Of a stretch of DNA of 64,000 bases, positions 53,249 to 62,843 are shown piece after piece. A model generated the notes under the pieces. It saw only the letters and a list, made by a program, of their open reading frames with translations, was not told where the DNA came from and searched no databases. The stretch spans positions 672,001 to 736,000 of the forward strand of contig CAWJEN010000006.1 of the NCBI GenBank assembly GCA_963841915.1, read 5' to 3'. Within the stretch, counting starts at the first letter, position 1, and each line of letters starts with the position of its first letter. Both the position numbers and the translations under genes were made by a program. This DNA comes from an uncultured Planctomycetota bacterium (lineage in GTDB: Bacteria; Planctomycetota; Phycisphaerae; Tepidisphaerales; Tepidisphaeraceae).

Positions 53249-55591
53249 TCACCCGGCGGGGGCGAGCTTACTGGCGGCGATGTCGAGCATCAGGGTTTTC
53301 TTGCCGAGCTTGCCGAAGTCGATCGTGATGCGGGCGTTCGTGCCGGGCGAGACGTCGAGCACCTTGCCGACACCGAACGTCGTATGGCGGAGCTTTTGCC
53401 CTGCTTTATACCGGTTGCTGATGTCGCTGGTCGGCACACTCGACCACCGCTCGCCGCTTGCACCGGGGATGCCGGTGCGGTCGATCTCTTCGAGGCATTC
53501 ACTCGGCATTTCCTTGAGAAACGGGCTCGGGACGGTTCGTTCGCGGACGCCGCGTTGCGTGCGGTATTGGGCACGGCTGAGGATGAGGTTCGACTGGGCC
53601 CTCGTGATGCCGACGAAGGCGAGGCGTCGTTCTTCTTCGAGTTCGCTGATGCTGTCGCGGGCGCGGCTGTGCGGCAGGCAGCCTTCTTCAAGCCCGACCA
53701 TCGCAACGACCGGGAATTCGAGGCCCTTGGCTGCGTGAAGCGTCATGAGCGTGACGGCGCCGCCGTTGCCTTCAAAGCGGTCGGTGTCGCTGACAAGGCT
53801 GATCTGCTGAAGGAAGTCCCCTAAGGAAGCCGGCGCATTCTCCTCCCGGCGACCTTCTTCGTACTCGGCCGCTGCGCTGACGAGCTCGTTCATGTTCTCC
53901 AGCTGCGGCTGCTCGGTCTCGCCCGCTTGCGTGTGGTGCTGCTCGAGCCCGCTTTCGCGGATCAGCCGAGTGATCAGGCCGGCCAGGGTCGCGTCATCTC
54001 CGCCTTCGGGAACGACGGTGCTGTCGGCGAAGAGGCTGCCGTCTTCGTCTGCCAGATCGTCGGTGAATGGGTTGTCGTCACTGAGTTCCGCGGGACCCGT
54101 TGCGGCGGCATCGGCGTGGAGTCGCCAGGCCTCGATCTTCTCGACGAACTTCTTCATCGAGCCCTGGGCCCGCGTGCTGACGCCGACCACTTCGTCGATG
54201 CGGGTCATTGCTTCCCAGAGCCCGATGCCGCTAGCCGTCGCCCAGGCGGTGGCGGCTTTGATGCTCGCGTCGCCGATGCCGCGGGTGGGCGTGTTGACGA
54301 TGCGGGTCAGGCTCACCTCATCGGCCGAGTTGGCGATGGCCCGCAGGTAGGCCAACACGTCCTTGATCTCACGCCTGCTGTAGAACTCGGTTCCCTTTGC
54401 GATCTGGTAAGGAATGTTGTCCCGCCGCAGAGCCGTCTCGATGACGCGCGACAGGCTGTTCATCCGGTAAAAGACAGCCATGTCGCTCCAGGCGATGCCG
54501 TCCTCGTTGTACTTGCGGAGCCGCTCAGCGACCTCGCGGGCCTCGTCGTTCTCGTCCTGGCAGGCGAGGGCGATGACCTTCTCGCCGCCGGGAATGTTGG
54601 GCACAAGCGCCTTGTCGCGTCGCTCGGTGTTGTGCTTGATGAGCTTGTCAGCGACGGCCAGAATGGTGGCGGTGCTGCGGTAGTTGACCTCCAGCTTCAC
54701 GACCGTGGCATTTGGGTAGTCGTTTTCGAAGTCGAGGATGTTCCGCAGATCCGCACCTCGCCAGGCATAAATCGACTGGTCCGGGTCGCCGACGACGCAG
54801 ATGTTCTTGTGCCGATCGGCCAGAATGTGTGCCAGGACGTACTGCGCCCGGTTAGTGTCCTGATACTCGTCGATGTGCAGGTATTGGAACTTTTGCTGAA
54901 GTTCCTTGAGAATCTCGGGCCGATCCCGCAGCCCGACGACGACACGCAGGATGAGGTCGTCGAAGTCGACGGCGTTGTTCTGCACGAGCAGCGACTCGTA
55001 CTTGAGATAGGCTTTGGCGACCGTTCGCTGGTAGAAGTCGTCGGCCACCGCGGCAAACTCGCGGGCGTTCATGAGGGCGTTCTTGGCGTTGCTGATCGCG
55101 CTGAGCACCTTGGCCGGTGGGAAGTTGGAACTGCTCGTCTCCAGCTCCTTGAGCGCCTGCTTCATCGCCCGCGTCTGGTCGGCCGTGTCGTAGATGGTGA
55201 AGTTTTTGGGAGCACCGAGCGCTTCTCCGTAGTGCCGCAGGACGCGCAGGCACAGCGAGTGGAACGTGCACAGCGTCGGCCCACGCTGGTCGAGCTGACC
55301 GAAGTCGCGGCCGCCGCGGACAATGGCATCGATGAGCGGGCGGACGCGTTCGCGCATCTCACCGGCGGCCTTGTTGGTGAAGGTGATCGCCAGCACGCTC
55401 GACGGCTCGACGCCCAGGCGAACGAGGTGAGCGACGCGTCGTGTTAAAACCCGCGTTTTTCCTGAACCGGCAGCCGCCAGGATGAGCAATGGCCCCTCCG
55501 TCGTCGTCACCGCCCGGCGTTGTTCGGGCGTCATTCCTTCCAGCAGGTCGTCCGACTCCATCCGTGGCAGGGCACTCATCGCCGCCAGCAT
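53249..55591 (-). CDS. pcrA: ATP-dependent DNA helicase PcrA/UvrD
   Basis: AAAGSGKT, TFTNKAAGEM, DEYQDTN, VGDPDQSIY, NYRST, TLHAAKGLEF, EERRLAFVGITRA; Tudor-like tail. Confidence 0.95.
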   Translation of the reverse strand: MLAAMSALPRMESDDLLEGMTPEQRRAVTTTEGPLLILAAAGSGKTRVLTRRVAHLVRLGVEPSSVLAITFTNKAAGEMRERVRPLIDAIVRGGRDFGQLDQRGPTLCTFHSLCLRVLRHYGEALGAPKNFTIYDTADQTRAMKQALKELETSSSNFPPAKVLSAISNAKNALMNAREFAAVADDFYQRTVAKAYLKYESLLVQNNAVDFDDLILRVVVGLRDRPEILKELQQKFQYLHIDEYQDTNRAQYVLAHILADRHKNICVVGDPDQSIYAWRGADLRNILDFENDYPNATVVKLEVNYRSTATILAVADKLIKHNTERRDKALVPNIPGGEKVIALACQDENDEAREVAERLRKYNEDGIAWSDMAVFYRMNSLSRVIETALRRDNIPYQIAKGTEFYSRREIKDVLAYLRAIANSADEVSLTRIVNTPTRGIGDASIKAATAWATASGIGLWEAMTRIDEVVGVSTRAQGSMKKFVEKIEAWRLHADAAATGPAELSDDNPFTDDLADEDGSLFADSTVVPEGGDDATLAGLITRLIRESGLEQHHTQAGETEQPQLENMNELVSAAAEYEEGRREENAPASLGDFLQQISLVSDTDRFEGNGGAVTLMTLHAAKGLEFPVVAMVGLEEGCLPHSRARDSISELEEERRLAFVGITRAQSNLILSRAQYRTQRGVRERTVPSPFLKEMPSECLEEIDRTGIPGASGERWSSVPTSDISNRYKAGQKLRHTTFGVGKVLDVSPGTNARITIDFGKLGKKTLMLDIAASKLAPAG

Positions 55592-55692
55592 AGCGGCGGC
55601 CCACCCGCCTGGATGTTCGGCCGCCGTCCGGGTCGCCCGCGCGCTGCGCCGCGGCGGCCAAATCGGGCCGCGGCCGGGTGGCGGGGGTCAAA

Positions 55693-55708
55693 TGTTCCAC
55701 GTGGAACA
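55693..55708. promoter_or_regulatory. parS centromere-like site
   Basis: perfect TGTTCCACGTGGAACA. Confidence 0.9.
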
Positions 55709-55778
55709 TTCGCCGACCCTTGCAACCCTCGCCAGAGGCAACGGCAAGGGTTTCCGACGCTCGCCGACGCCCCGCCAT

Positions 55779-55794
55779 TGTTCCACGTGGAACA
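55779..55794. promoter_or_regulatory. parS centromere-like site
   Basis: perfect TGTTCCACGTGGAACA. Confidence 0.9.
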
Positions 55795-55969
55795 TTTAGC
55801 TGTTTTGACTACGTCGGCGGGTGGTCCGTGGCCGGTGCTGGTGCGAACGTCGTGCGCAAAATATTGCAGACACCGCACCGGTGGCGGCGCATGGGGTACG
55901 CCGCCATGAGGCATTTCGCTCGCTGCCCTGGGGCGAACCCGCCGGCTGTGCCTGGACGAACCGGGAAGC

Positions 55970-57541
55970 GTGGTGCCTGTTCCTCTAGCCTCGCCCATGC
56001 CCGCGTCGCACCGTCAACCTGTTCACGGCCGCGACGTCGTCGCCACCAGTCAGCCGCTGGCCACCACAGCGGGGCTCGACATGCTCGGCCGAGGCGGCAA
56101 CGCGATCGACGCTGCCGTCGCGGCGGCGATTTGCCTGACCGTGACCGAGCCGACCAGCAACGGCATCGGCGGCGACCTCTTTGCCGTCCTCAACGATGGC
56201 GAACGACTCGTCGGCCTCAACGCCAGTGGCCGCTCGCCCGCGGCATGGTCCGCCGACCGCTTCGCAGGGCTCGACGCCATGCCGACCCGCGGCTGGGACA
56301 GCGTCACCGTGCCCGGCTGCGTCGCCGGCTGGCGCGATCTCAACGAGCGGTTCGGCAAGCTGCCGTTCGCCACGCTGTTCGAGCCGGCCGTCCGTCACGC
56401 CCGTGAAGGCCTTCCGGTCGGACCGATCACCGCCGCCGCCTGGCAGCGGGCGGCAAAGGTTTACGACGAACCCGCCTTTGCCGACACCTTTCTGCCCGCA
56501 CCCGCCGCCGGCGACGTCTGGCAGAGCCGGGCCCACGCGACGACCCTCGAATCCATCGCCGAGACGCAAGGCGACGCCTTCTACCGAGGCGACCTCGCTC
56601 GCCACATCATCGCCGCCAGCGATGCCGCCGGCGGGGCGATGACGCTCGACGATCTGTCGACGCACGAGAACCTCTGGTACGACGAACGCGACCTTGTCCG
56701 CGTCGACGCGTTCGGCGTCAGCCTCTACGAGATCCCGCCCAACGGCCAGGGCATCGCCGCCTGCATGGCGCTCGGCATCGCGGCGAATCTCAACTGCGAC
56801 GACTGGCAAAGCGACCGTGGGATGCACCTGCAGATCGAGGCGATGAAGCTCGCGTTCGCCGACCTGCACGCCCACGTCGCCGACGCGGATGCGATGGCGT
56901 TCGATTACAGGAAGCTCGTCGAGCCGACGTACCTCGCGGAGCGGGCGAAGCTGGTCGATATGGAGCGGGCCGCGACCTATGCCGCCGGCGTGCCGACGGC
57001 AGGTGGCACCGTCAACCTCGTCGCCTGCGACGAGAGCGGCATGATGGTCTCGCTCATCCAGAGCAACTACATGGGCTTCGGCAGCGGCATCGTCGTCCCC
57101 GGCACCGGCATCGCCATGCAGAACCGCGGAGCCGGCTTCGTCACCACGCCCGGCCACCCGAACCAGGTCGGCCCGAGCAAGCGGCCGTTCCACACGATTA
57201 TCCCCGGCTTCGTCAAGCAGGACGGCCGCCCGCTGATGCCAATGGGCTTGATGGGCGGCCCGATGCAGGCCCAAGGGCATCTGCAACTGATGCTCCGCCT
57301 CTTCGCCGGTGGCGAAGGCGTGCAACAAGCGGTCGACGCCCCACGCTGGCAGGTGATGGAAGGCCTGAAAGTCCTCGTGGAGCAGGGCGTGGACAATGCG
57401 GCTCTACAAAGTCGTGGTTATGCCGTAGAGACGGCCGACGCCCCGCATTTCGGCGGCGCCCAACTCGCCCGCCGATTGCCCGACGGCACCTACGAAGCCG
57501 CCAGCGACCCGCGGAAGGACGGCCGCGCGGGAGTCGGCTAA
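55970..57541 (+). CDS. ggt: gamma-glutamyltransferase family protein (cytoplasmic type)
   Basis: GGNAIDAAVA, GIGGDLF, TVPG, PPNGQG, G/TV nucleophile, QNRG.GF, KRPFHTIIP, SDPRKDG; start may be 55997. Confidence 0.92.
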   Translation: MVPVPLASPMPASHRQPVHGRDVVATSQPLATTAGLDMLGRGGNAIDAAVAAAICLTVTEPTSNGIGGDLFAVLNDGERLVGLNASGRSPAAWSADRFAGLDAMPTRGWDSVTVPGCVAGWRDLNERFGKLPFATLFEPAVRHAREGLPVGPITAAAWQRAAKVYDEPAFADTFLPAPAAGDVWQSRAHATTLESIAETQGDAFYRGDLARHIIAASDAAGGAMTLDDLSTHENLWYDERDLVRVDAFGVSLYEIPPNGQGIAACMALGIAANLNCDDWQSDRGMHLQIEAMKLAFADLHAHVADADAMAFDYRKLVEPTYLAERAKLVDMERAATYAAGVPTAGGTVNLVACDESGMMVSLIQSNYMGFGSGIVVPGTGIAMQNRGAGFVTTPGHPNQVGPSKRPFHTIIPGFVKQDGRPLMPMGLMGGPMQAQGHLQLMLRLFAGGEGVQQAVDAPRWQVMEGLKVLVEQGVDNAALQSRGYAVETADAPHFGGAQLARRLPDGTYEAASDPRKDGRAGVG

Positions 57542-57542
57542 C

Positions 57543-57995
57543 GTGTGGGTCAGAAGACAAAAGTCAATCCCAATTGAGGAGAGAACGCGGGAGCATGCTT
57601 CTAACGCTCGCGACGCCCCTATCCCGATTCAGCTAACTTACCGGACAAGATCAGCGAAACATGCGATAGTCTTTTCGCTGATCTTCACCAGCATTTCACA
57701 CCTATTCGCCTATCTCGCCTTTGGTTCGGCAGTTCTGCTCCAATATGGGCACAAACCGGCCCCATATGCTCCGTCAGCCGGTAACATCTTCCGCGAATTA
57801 GGCCACGTCTTCGCTGCTACGAGCTTTTGATTGACGCCGATCCTTTGTGGTATTGCTTTGATAGTCTGGCGAAGTCAGCATTCACTCCGCCGAAGGGTGT
57901 CTGCTGGGCTGGTTGCTGCAATCTCCGTAGCTCTGGCCAACACTCTGCTAATTGTTCATGATCCGTTAGGCGTGGTTTCGTGGCTTGGCGATTAA
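57543..57995 (+). pseudogene. three-TM membrane protein interrupted by in-frame TGA (57828-57830)
   Basis: the frame continues past TGA into LTPILCGIALIVW...AGLVAAISVALANTLLIVHDPLGVVSWLGD*; start uncertain. Confidence 0.5.
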
Positions 57996-58033
57996 TAATC
58001 AGCACACAACGACGATTGCGTCTAGAGGCAGAT

Positions 58034-58076
58034 TAAGGGGTCGCGAAGGCAGAAGAGACGCCCTCGCAACCCCTTA
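58034..58076. terminator. hairpin between convergent islet ORFs
   Basis: TAAGGGGTCGCGAAGGC / GCCCTCGCAACCCCTTA, 17-bp stem with 2 mismatches. Confidence 0.6.
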
Positions 58077-58092
58077 CCACGCCGTCCCCGTA

Positions 58093-58398
58093 TCACGCCG
58101 CGTCGGTCAGCTTGCTGAGCACGCGTCGCAATGCACGCTCAAAGCTGCCTCGTCCGCTGAAACGCTCGAAAGGCAGACCGGACAAACCGTTCTTGAGGTG
58201 ACGAGACTGACGTTCGTTCCAAATCGCACCATCTGCAGTTCGCAGAAGTCGTTCAGCCCGCTGTTGCGAGTTGGAGCCGTCGCCAATGTGGCCACCGTAA
58301 ACCAGCCGAACGTCCGGAGAGAGCAATTCGACAACTCGAACATACTCAAAGAAGCGGCGTCGGAGAACGCCCACGATAACAAGGTTAATCTGTTTCAT
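58093..58398 (-). CDS. hypothetical protein (weak DUF2325-like resemblance)
   Basis: ATG-started 101-aa ORF, LVIVG...Y..VVE...G...AD..I alpha/beta pattern. Confidence 0.45.
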   Translation of the reverse strand: MKQINLVIVGVLRRRFFEYVRVVELLSPDVRLVYGGHIGDGSNSQQRAERLLRTADGAIWNERQSRHLKNGLSGLPFERFSGRGSFERALRRVLSKLTDAA

Positions 58399-58442
58399 TA
58401 GGTTCGGTGGATCTCAATCCAGTATTTTTGAAGGGGATCGCT

Positions 58443-58784
58443 TCAGTTGTCCATGAGTTTGCTGAGACGTGAAGCGGTGCTTCCATTTGCGCTGGTCAAA
58501 ATGAGCAGGATGCCGCGTCCCGAGCCTCCAGCAACTGGTACATCAATGGCCGCATCCCAACCATGATCGGTGGCATATCGGGAGAAAAAGACGCGAACGC
58601 GTTCACAGAAGCGGGCGCAGACATCGCCGGTGATGCTGTTGTAGATCTTGACGGCTCGCGTTGCGTCGATGAAGACAAGGGGGGCAATCTGGTCGATACT
58701 TCTTGGGTATTGGTAGTGCATGTGTAGGGTGTCCAAGTGGATAGAGGAGTGTGGCCTTGTGTTTGCCTCTGGCTGCCTGATCAT
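58443..58784 (-). CDS. hypothetical protein
   Basis: 113-aa ORF co-oriented with 58093-58398, downstream of an AT-rich promoter-like tract. Confidence 0.35.
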   Translation of the reverse strand: MIRQPEANTRPHSSIHLDTLHMHYQYPRSIDQIAPLVFIDATRAVKIYNSITGDVCARFCERVRVFFSRYATDHGWDAAIDVPVAGGSGRGILLILTSANGSTASRLSKLMDN

Positions 58785-59537
58785 ACGAGAGGATGTTCTG
58801 GGGTCAAGCCTATAAGCATGGTGAGCGCGATCAGAACATTGATTGATATTTAATAGATAAATGTAAATTTCAGCGAGTAAAACTATGAAAATTCGATTCT
58901 ACGGAAGAAGTCGTAAAAGTCGCCACTTGTCGCGTGGTACATCAGCAACAGCAACGCCGCACCTGGCCGTCGAATAAAATCTCAGAGCGAGCAATGGGCG
59001 GGTGGGCAGGATGCTAGTCGCTGCCCAAACGGTCTGTGACGACGAGCACGTTGACATACCGGTGGGCGAACTGAGTCAGGTGCAACCCCGCTCGCGAGGC
59101 AGAGACAGGGGTCGCGAGACCGGTCGGCTTGCTGCCGGGGTGCAGGCATGGGATCGGGTCCCTTCTGTATCACCACTGCGACGCGTCGCAACGCATCAAG
59201 CTATTGGGGCGAGCTTTCACCTCCTTAAGGTGTCGTTTCACCACGTTGGCTCGGCGGGTAAGGGGTCTCGTGTCGAGGCGTTGGGGTCTCGCGCCGGGGG
59301 GTTGAGGGCTGCCTGTCTGGACATGAACCGGCGGTCATTGGTTTCGACGTCAGAAGAAGCGTGTTGTCCAGCGGGGCCGATCAACGGGCGACACTGTGCA
59401 TCGGCAGCGGTGCCGGCAGGGTGAGTATCCGGCGGTCCGATTGCGGCGGGTGGGAGGGCGGCGGTTGCCGCAGTTGGTCGGTTCAATTGGCCTATCCCGC
59501 CGCTGCCGGTAGGGTGGCGGTCGCTTGGAGGAGCTTC

Positions 59538-61109
59538 ATGACCACTGCCGATACCGCTGCCATCGCTTCGCCGCCGCCCGTCGCCGGGCGCGGCTTTCTC
59601 TTTGCCACCTGCTTCGTCGCCCTGGTGGCAACCAGCTTTGCGTTCATCATCCGCGCGTTCATCCTTGATGATCTCGCGGTCGAGTTCGGCTTCAGTGAGA
59701 CGCAGAAGGGCGAACTGTTCGGGGCCGGGCTGTGGCCGTTTGCCATCAGCATCGTCGTCTTCAGCCTCATCATCGACCGTGTCGGCTACGGCCTTGCCCT
59801 GTGGTTCGCCTTTGCGTGCCACGTCGTCAGCGTCGTCGTCACCATCACGGCCGACGGCTACAACCAGCTCTACGTCGGCAACTTCATTGCGGCTTTGGGT
59901 AACGGCACGGTCGAGGCGGTCATCAACCCTGTCATCGCCACCGTTTTCTTCAGGAACAAGACGAAGTGGCTCAACATCCTCCACGCCGGCTGGGCGGGCG
60001 GGTTCGTACTGGGCGGCCTGCTGACGCTGTCGCTGTCGCCGGGCAACTTCGGCGGACTCGTCGGCGACGTGAGCTGGCAGTGGAAGGTCGGGCTGCTGCT
60101 CGTGCCGACGCTGGCGTACGGCGTGATGTTGCTGCGGACGACGTTCCCGGTCAATGAACGTGTGGCGGCGGGCGTGCCGTACCGCGTGATGATCGGCGAA
60201 ATGGGAGCACTCGGCGCGCTCATCGCTGCCGGCTTGGTCGCGTGGGAGGTGGGCCGCGTGCTCGGGCGGAACTTCGAGATCGAGCCGTGGCTCTGGATGT
60301 CGGCGGCGGGCGTCGTGGCATTCGGCGTCGCCGCTGCGTTTGGTGCGGTCGGCAAGAGCCTCGGAAGGCCGCTGTTCGTCTTCCTGTTGCTCGTAATGAT
60401 CCTGCTGGCCACCACCGAGCTCGGCACGGACGGCTGGATTAAGGAGCTTATGGGCCCCGTCACCGAGCGCGACTTCGGCCTCGACGGCGGCTGGGTGCTG
60501 GTCTACACGGCCACCCTCATGTTGCTCCTGCGACTGGGTTCGGGGCCAATCGTCAAGCGGCTCAATCCGCTGGGCATGTTGGCCGTCAGCTGCGTCTTCG
60601 TGGCGATCGGGCTCGTCTTCCTGTCGACGGCGGCGGGGCTGGCGATCGTCGTGGCGGCGACGATCTACGGCATCGGTCAGGCGTTCTTCTGGCCGACCAC
60701 GCTCGGACTCGTGGCAGAGCAGTTCCCACGCGGCGGAGCGCTGACGCTCAACGCGATGGCAGCCGTCGGCATGCTCGGCGTCGGCATCGTCGGCACGCCG
60801 CTCATCGGTGCGATCCAGGACCGCGAGATCGAAAACCGCCTTGTAAATGATGACGCGGAGTTGGCCGCCACGGTGCTGGGCGACCCGATGACGAGTGTGC
60901 TCGGCCCCGTTCGGCGAATCGATGCCGACGCAGAAAAGACGCTCGACACGACCTCGACCGGCCGCCTCACCGACGCCCGCAATATCGCCAAGCGGACGGC
61001 CCTGCTCGAGGTTGCGATTCTGCCGATGCTGATGCTCGCCTGCTATCTTGGACTGTTGTTCTACTTCAAGTCGCGCGGCGGTTACAGGGCTGAGCGCCTC
61101 ACGACTTGA
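59538..61109 (+). CDS. MFS transporter
   Basis: GGAGGAG RBS; IDRVGY, GNGTVEAVINP, LN.LHAGW, TELGTDGWI, FFWPTTLG.VAE.FP.GG; >12 TM segments. Confidence 0.9.
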   Translation: MTTADTAAIASPPPVAGRGFLFATCFVALVATSFAFIIRAFILDDLAVEFGFSETQKGELFGAGLWPFAISIVVFSLIIDRVGYGLALWFAFACHVVSVVVTITADGYNQLYVGNFIAALGNGTVEAVINPVIATVFFRNKTKWLNILHAGWAGGFVLGGLLTLSLSPGNFGGLVGDVSWQWKVGLLLVPTLAYGVMLLRTTFPVNERVAAGVPYRVMIGEMGALGALIAAGLVAWEVGRVLGRNFEIEPWLWMSAAGVVAFGVAAAFGAVGKSLGRPLFVFLLLVMILLATTELGTDGWIKELMGPVTERDFGLDGGWVLVYTATLMLLLRLGSGPIVKRLNPLGMLAVSCVFVAIGLVFLSTAAGLAIVVAATIYGIGQAFFWPTTLGLVAEQFPRGGALTLNAMAAVGMLGVGIVGTPLIGAIQDREIENRLVNDDAELAATVLGDPMTSVLGPVRRIDADAEKTLDTTSTGRLTDARNIAKRTALLEVAILPMLMLACYLGLLFYFKSRGGYRAERLTT

Positions 61110-62613
61110 GGCGCGACTGCACCGTTCGACGGTCGAGGCCGATGACCCGGGCGGCGGCGGTGGGTGTGCCGTGCCTGGCCACGGCGAGTCGGCAGTAGCG
61201 GGTTGTAACCTCGTCGGCCGACAGCGTGGCCTTGCGAAGTTCATCGGCTAGCGCCGCGGCATCGTCACGAGGCGTTGCCGGTGGCGTGTAACTGCCGCCG
61301 ACCAGCACAGATCGGCAGCACTGTTCGAGTTCCCGGAAGTTGCCCGGCCACGTGTGGTCGAGGCCGACGCCATCGGTGATGGCGGCGAGCACTTCACTCG
61401 TGAGGCGGTCGCTGTCGATGGGCGACAGCCGCCGGCATGCGAGGGCGACGAGTTGCGACAGTTCCGCCTCGTCACCACCGATGAGATCGCGTAGCGGCGG
61501 AGTCGTGATGACGTCGGCGGCGAGGCGGTAGTACAAGTCGGTCCTGAACGCGCCGCTCGCCAGAAGCGTCGGCAGGTCGCGGTGCGTGGCGGCGATGATC
61601 CTGCCGTCAAAGCTCCGCGGCGTCGTGTCGCCGATGCGGGTAAAGGTCCGCTCCTGGATCACGCGCAACACCTTGACCTGGACGGCCGGCTCGACGTCGC
61701 CGATCTCGTCGAGAAAGGCGATGCCGGCATGGCCGACGCGTTCGAGACGGCCTGGTCGATCGGCGGCTGCGCCGGTGAAGCTGCCGCGCCGGTGGCCGAA
61801 CAATTCGCTTTCGACAAGCGTCGCCGGCATGGCCGCAAGCGTGACGGCCTCGAAGCCGCCGCGCGGGGCGAATGTTTTGGATGTCTCGTCAAATCGGCGG
61901 TAGGCACCGGCGGCGATGCACCGGGCGACGACTTCTTTGCCGGTCCCGCTTTCGCCAAGGACGAGCGTCGGCAGGCTCTGCATGGTCGCGTACGCACCGG
62001 CTGCGTGGCGAAGTCTGTCGCGGGTAAAGCAGCTTTGCCAGACGCTCGCCCGCAATGTCGCCGCCGCTGTATTCCCGCCGAAAAGCTGGTGAAAGATCGC
62101 GTGAAAGGTCCTGAAGGTCTGGTAGGCGATCGCGAACAGATGGCCTTCGTCCACGCCGTCGATCGGCAAGAGCGACTGACCGTCCACGACGAGCAAGCGG
62201 CGGTACGTCTGGCGAAAGCTCCGCCATGCGTCGCGGATGAGTGCAGGGTCGTGGTCGCGTCCGGCGGCATCGTTTCGGACAATCTGCTGAAGCACTGGTG
62301 CTGCGGTGTAGAACGCGGCGTAGAGGCCCGGTGCCGACATTGCAGCCCGCCGTTCGTGCTTCATGGGCCCGCACGCTGCAACCCGCTCTGCAAGCTCCGC
62401 TGCGACGCGGCTGATCCAGGTCAGGCGATTGTGCTGCGTGTCCAGGTCCAGCGGCCGATGCCACACCGCCGCTACCCGTTCGATCGTGTGGCCGCACACG
62501 TCACCGATGACGCGTTCGGCCTCCACCCGTTCCGGCAGAAACGGATTGCCGAAGACGAGTGTCGCAAAGGCATCGCACATCCGCTGATCGGCATCGGAGA
62601 GTGGCTTGGTCAT
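61099..62613 (-). CDS. sigma-54-interacting AAA+ transcriptional regulator
   Basis: GESGTGKE, ESELFGH..GSFTGA, FLDEIGD, FRTDLYYRL, WPGNFREL, C-terminal HTH. Confidence 0.92.
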   Translation of the reverse strand: MTKPLSDADQRMCDAFATLVFGNPFLPERVEAERVIGDVCGHTIERVAAVWHRPLDLDTQHNRLTWISRVAAELAERVAACGPMKHERRAAMSAPGLYAAFYTAAPVLQQIVRNDAAGRDHDPALIRDAWRSFRQTYRRLLVVDGQSLLPIDGVDEGHLFAIAYQTFRTFHAIFHQLFGGNTAAATLRASVWQSCFTRDRLRHAAGAYATMQSLPTLVLGESGTGKEVVARCIAAGAYRRFDETSKTFAPRGGFEAVTLAAMPATLVESELFGHRRGSFTGAAADRPGRLERVGHAGIAFLDEIGDVEPAVQVKVLRVIQERTFTRIGDTTPRSFDGRIIAATHRDLPTLLASGAFRTDLYYRLAADVITTPPLRDLIGGDEAELSQLVALACRRLSPIDSDRLTSEVLAAITDGVGLDHTWPGNFRELEQCCRSVLVGGSYTPPATPRDDAAALADELRKATLSADEVTTRYCRLAVARHGTPTAAARVIGLDRRTVQSRLKS

Positions 62614-62843
62614 CAGGTGGCACCTTGCTGAAGGTGTACATCCAGTGTCTGTGCGAAATGCAGGAAATGCACGCCTGCCGTTGAAGAAACGCCCAGGATG
62701 AACAGCCCGCCTGCCTCTAAGCAATTGCGAAACAACGCCTAAGGAAAAATTTGGCAAGCGGCAGCGTCCCGGCATGCGTTTCTCGTTGAGGCAAGCAGCG
62801 TCGCCGACCGGTGTCGCGATCTTGACCCTTCACCCCGATCATC

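Noticed and set aside
6732..55797. The two inverted cassettes as ends of a 49-kb transposon or invertible segment
   Set aside because: Enclosed genes are largely essential housekeeping genes, no recombinase is present and the copies are diverged
58800..58980. AT-rich tract as oriC unwinding element
   Set aside because: No cluster of TTATCCACA boxes seen nearby; the single near-box at 47541 is isolated
59217..59227. TCACCTCCTTA as a 16S rRNA 3' end
   Set aside because: No 16S sequence upstream
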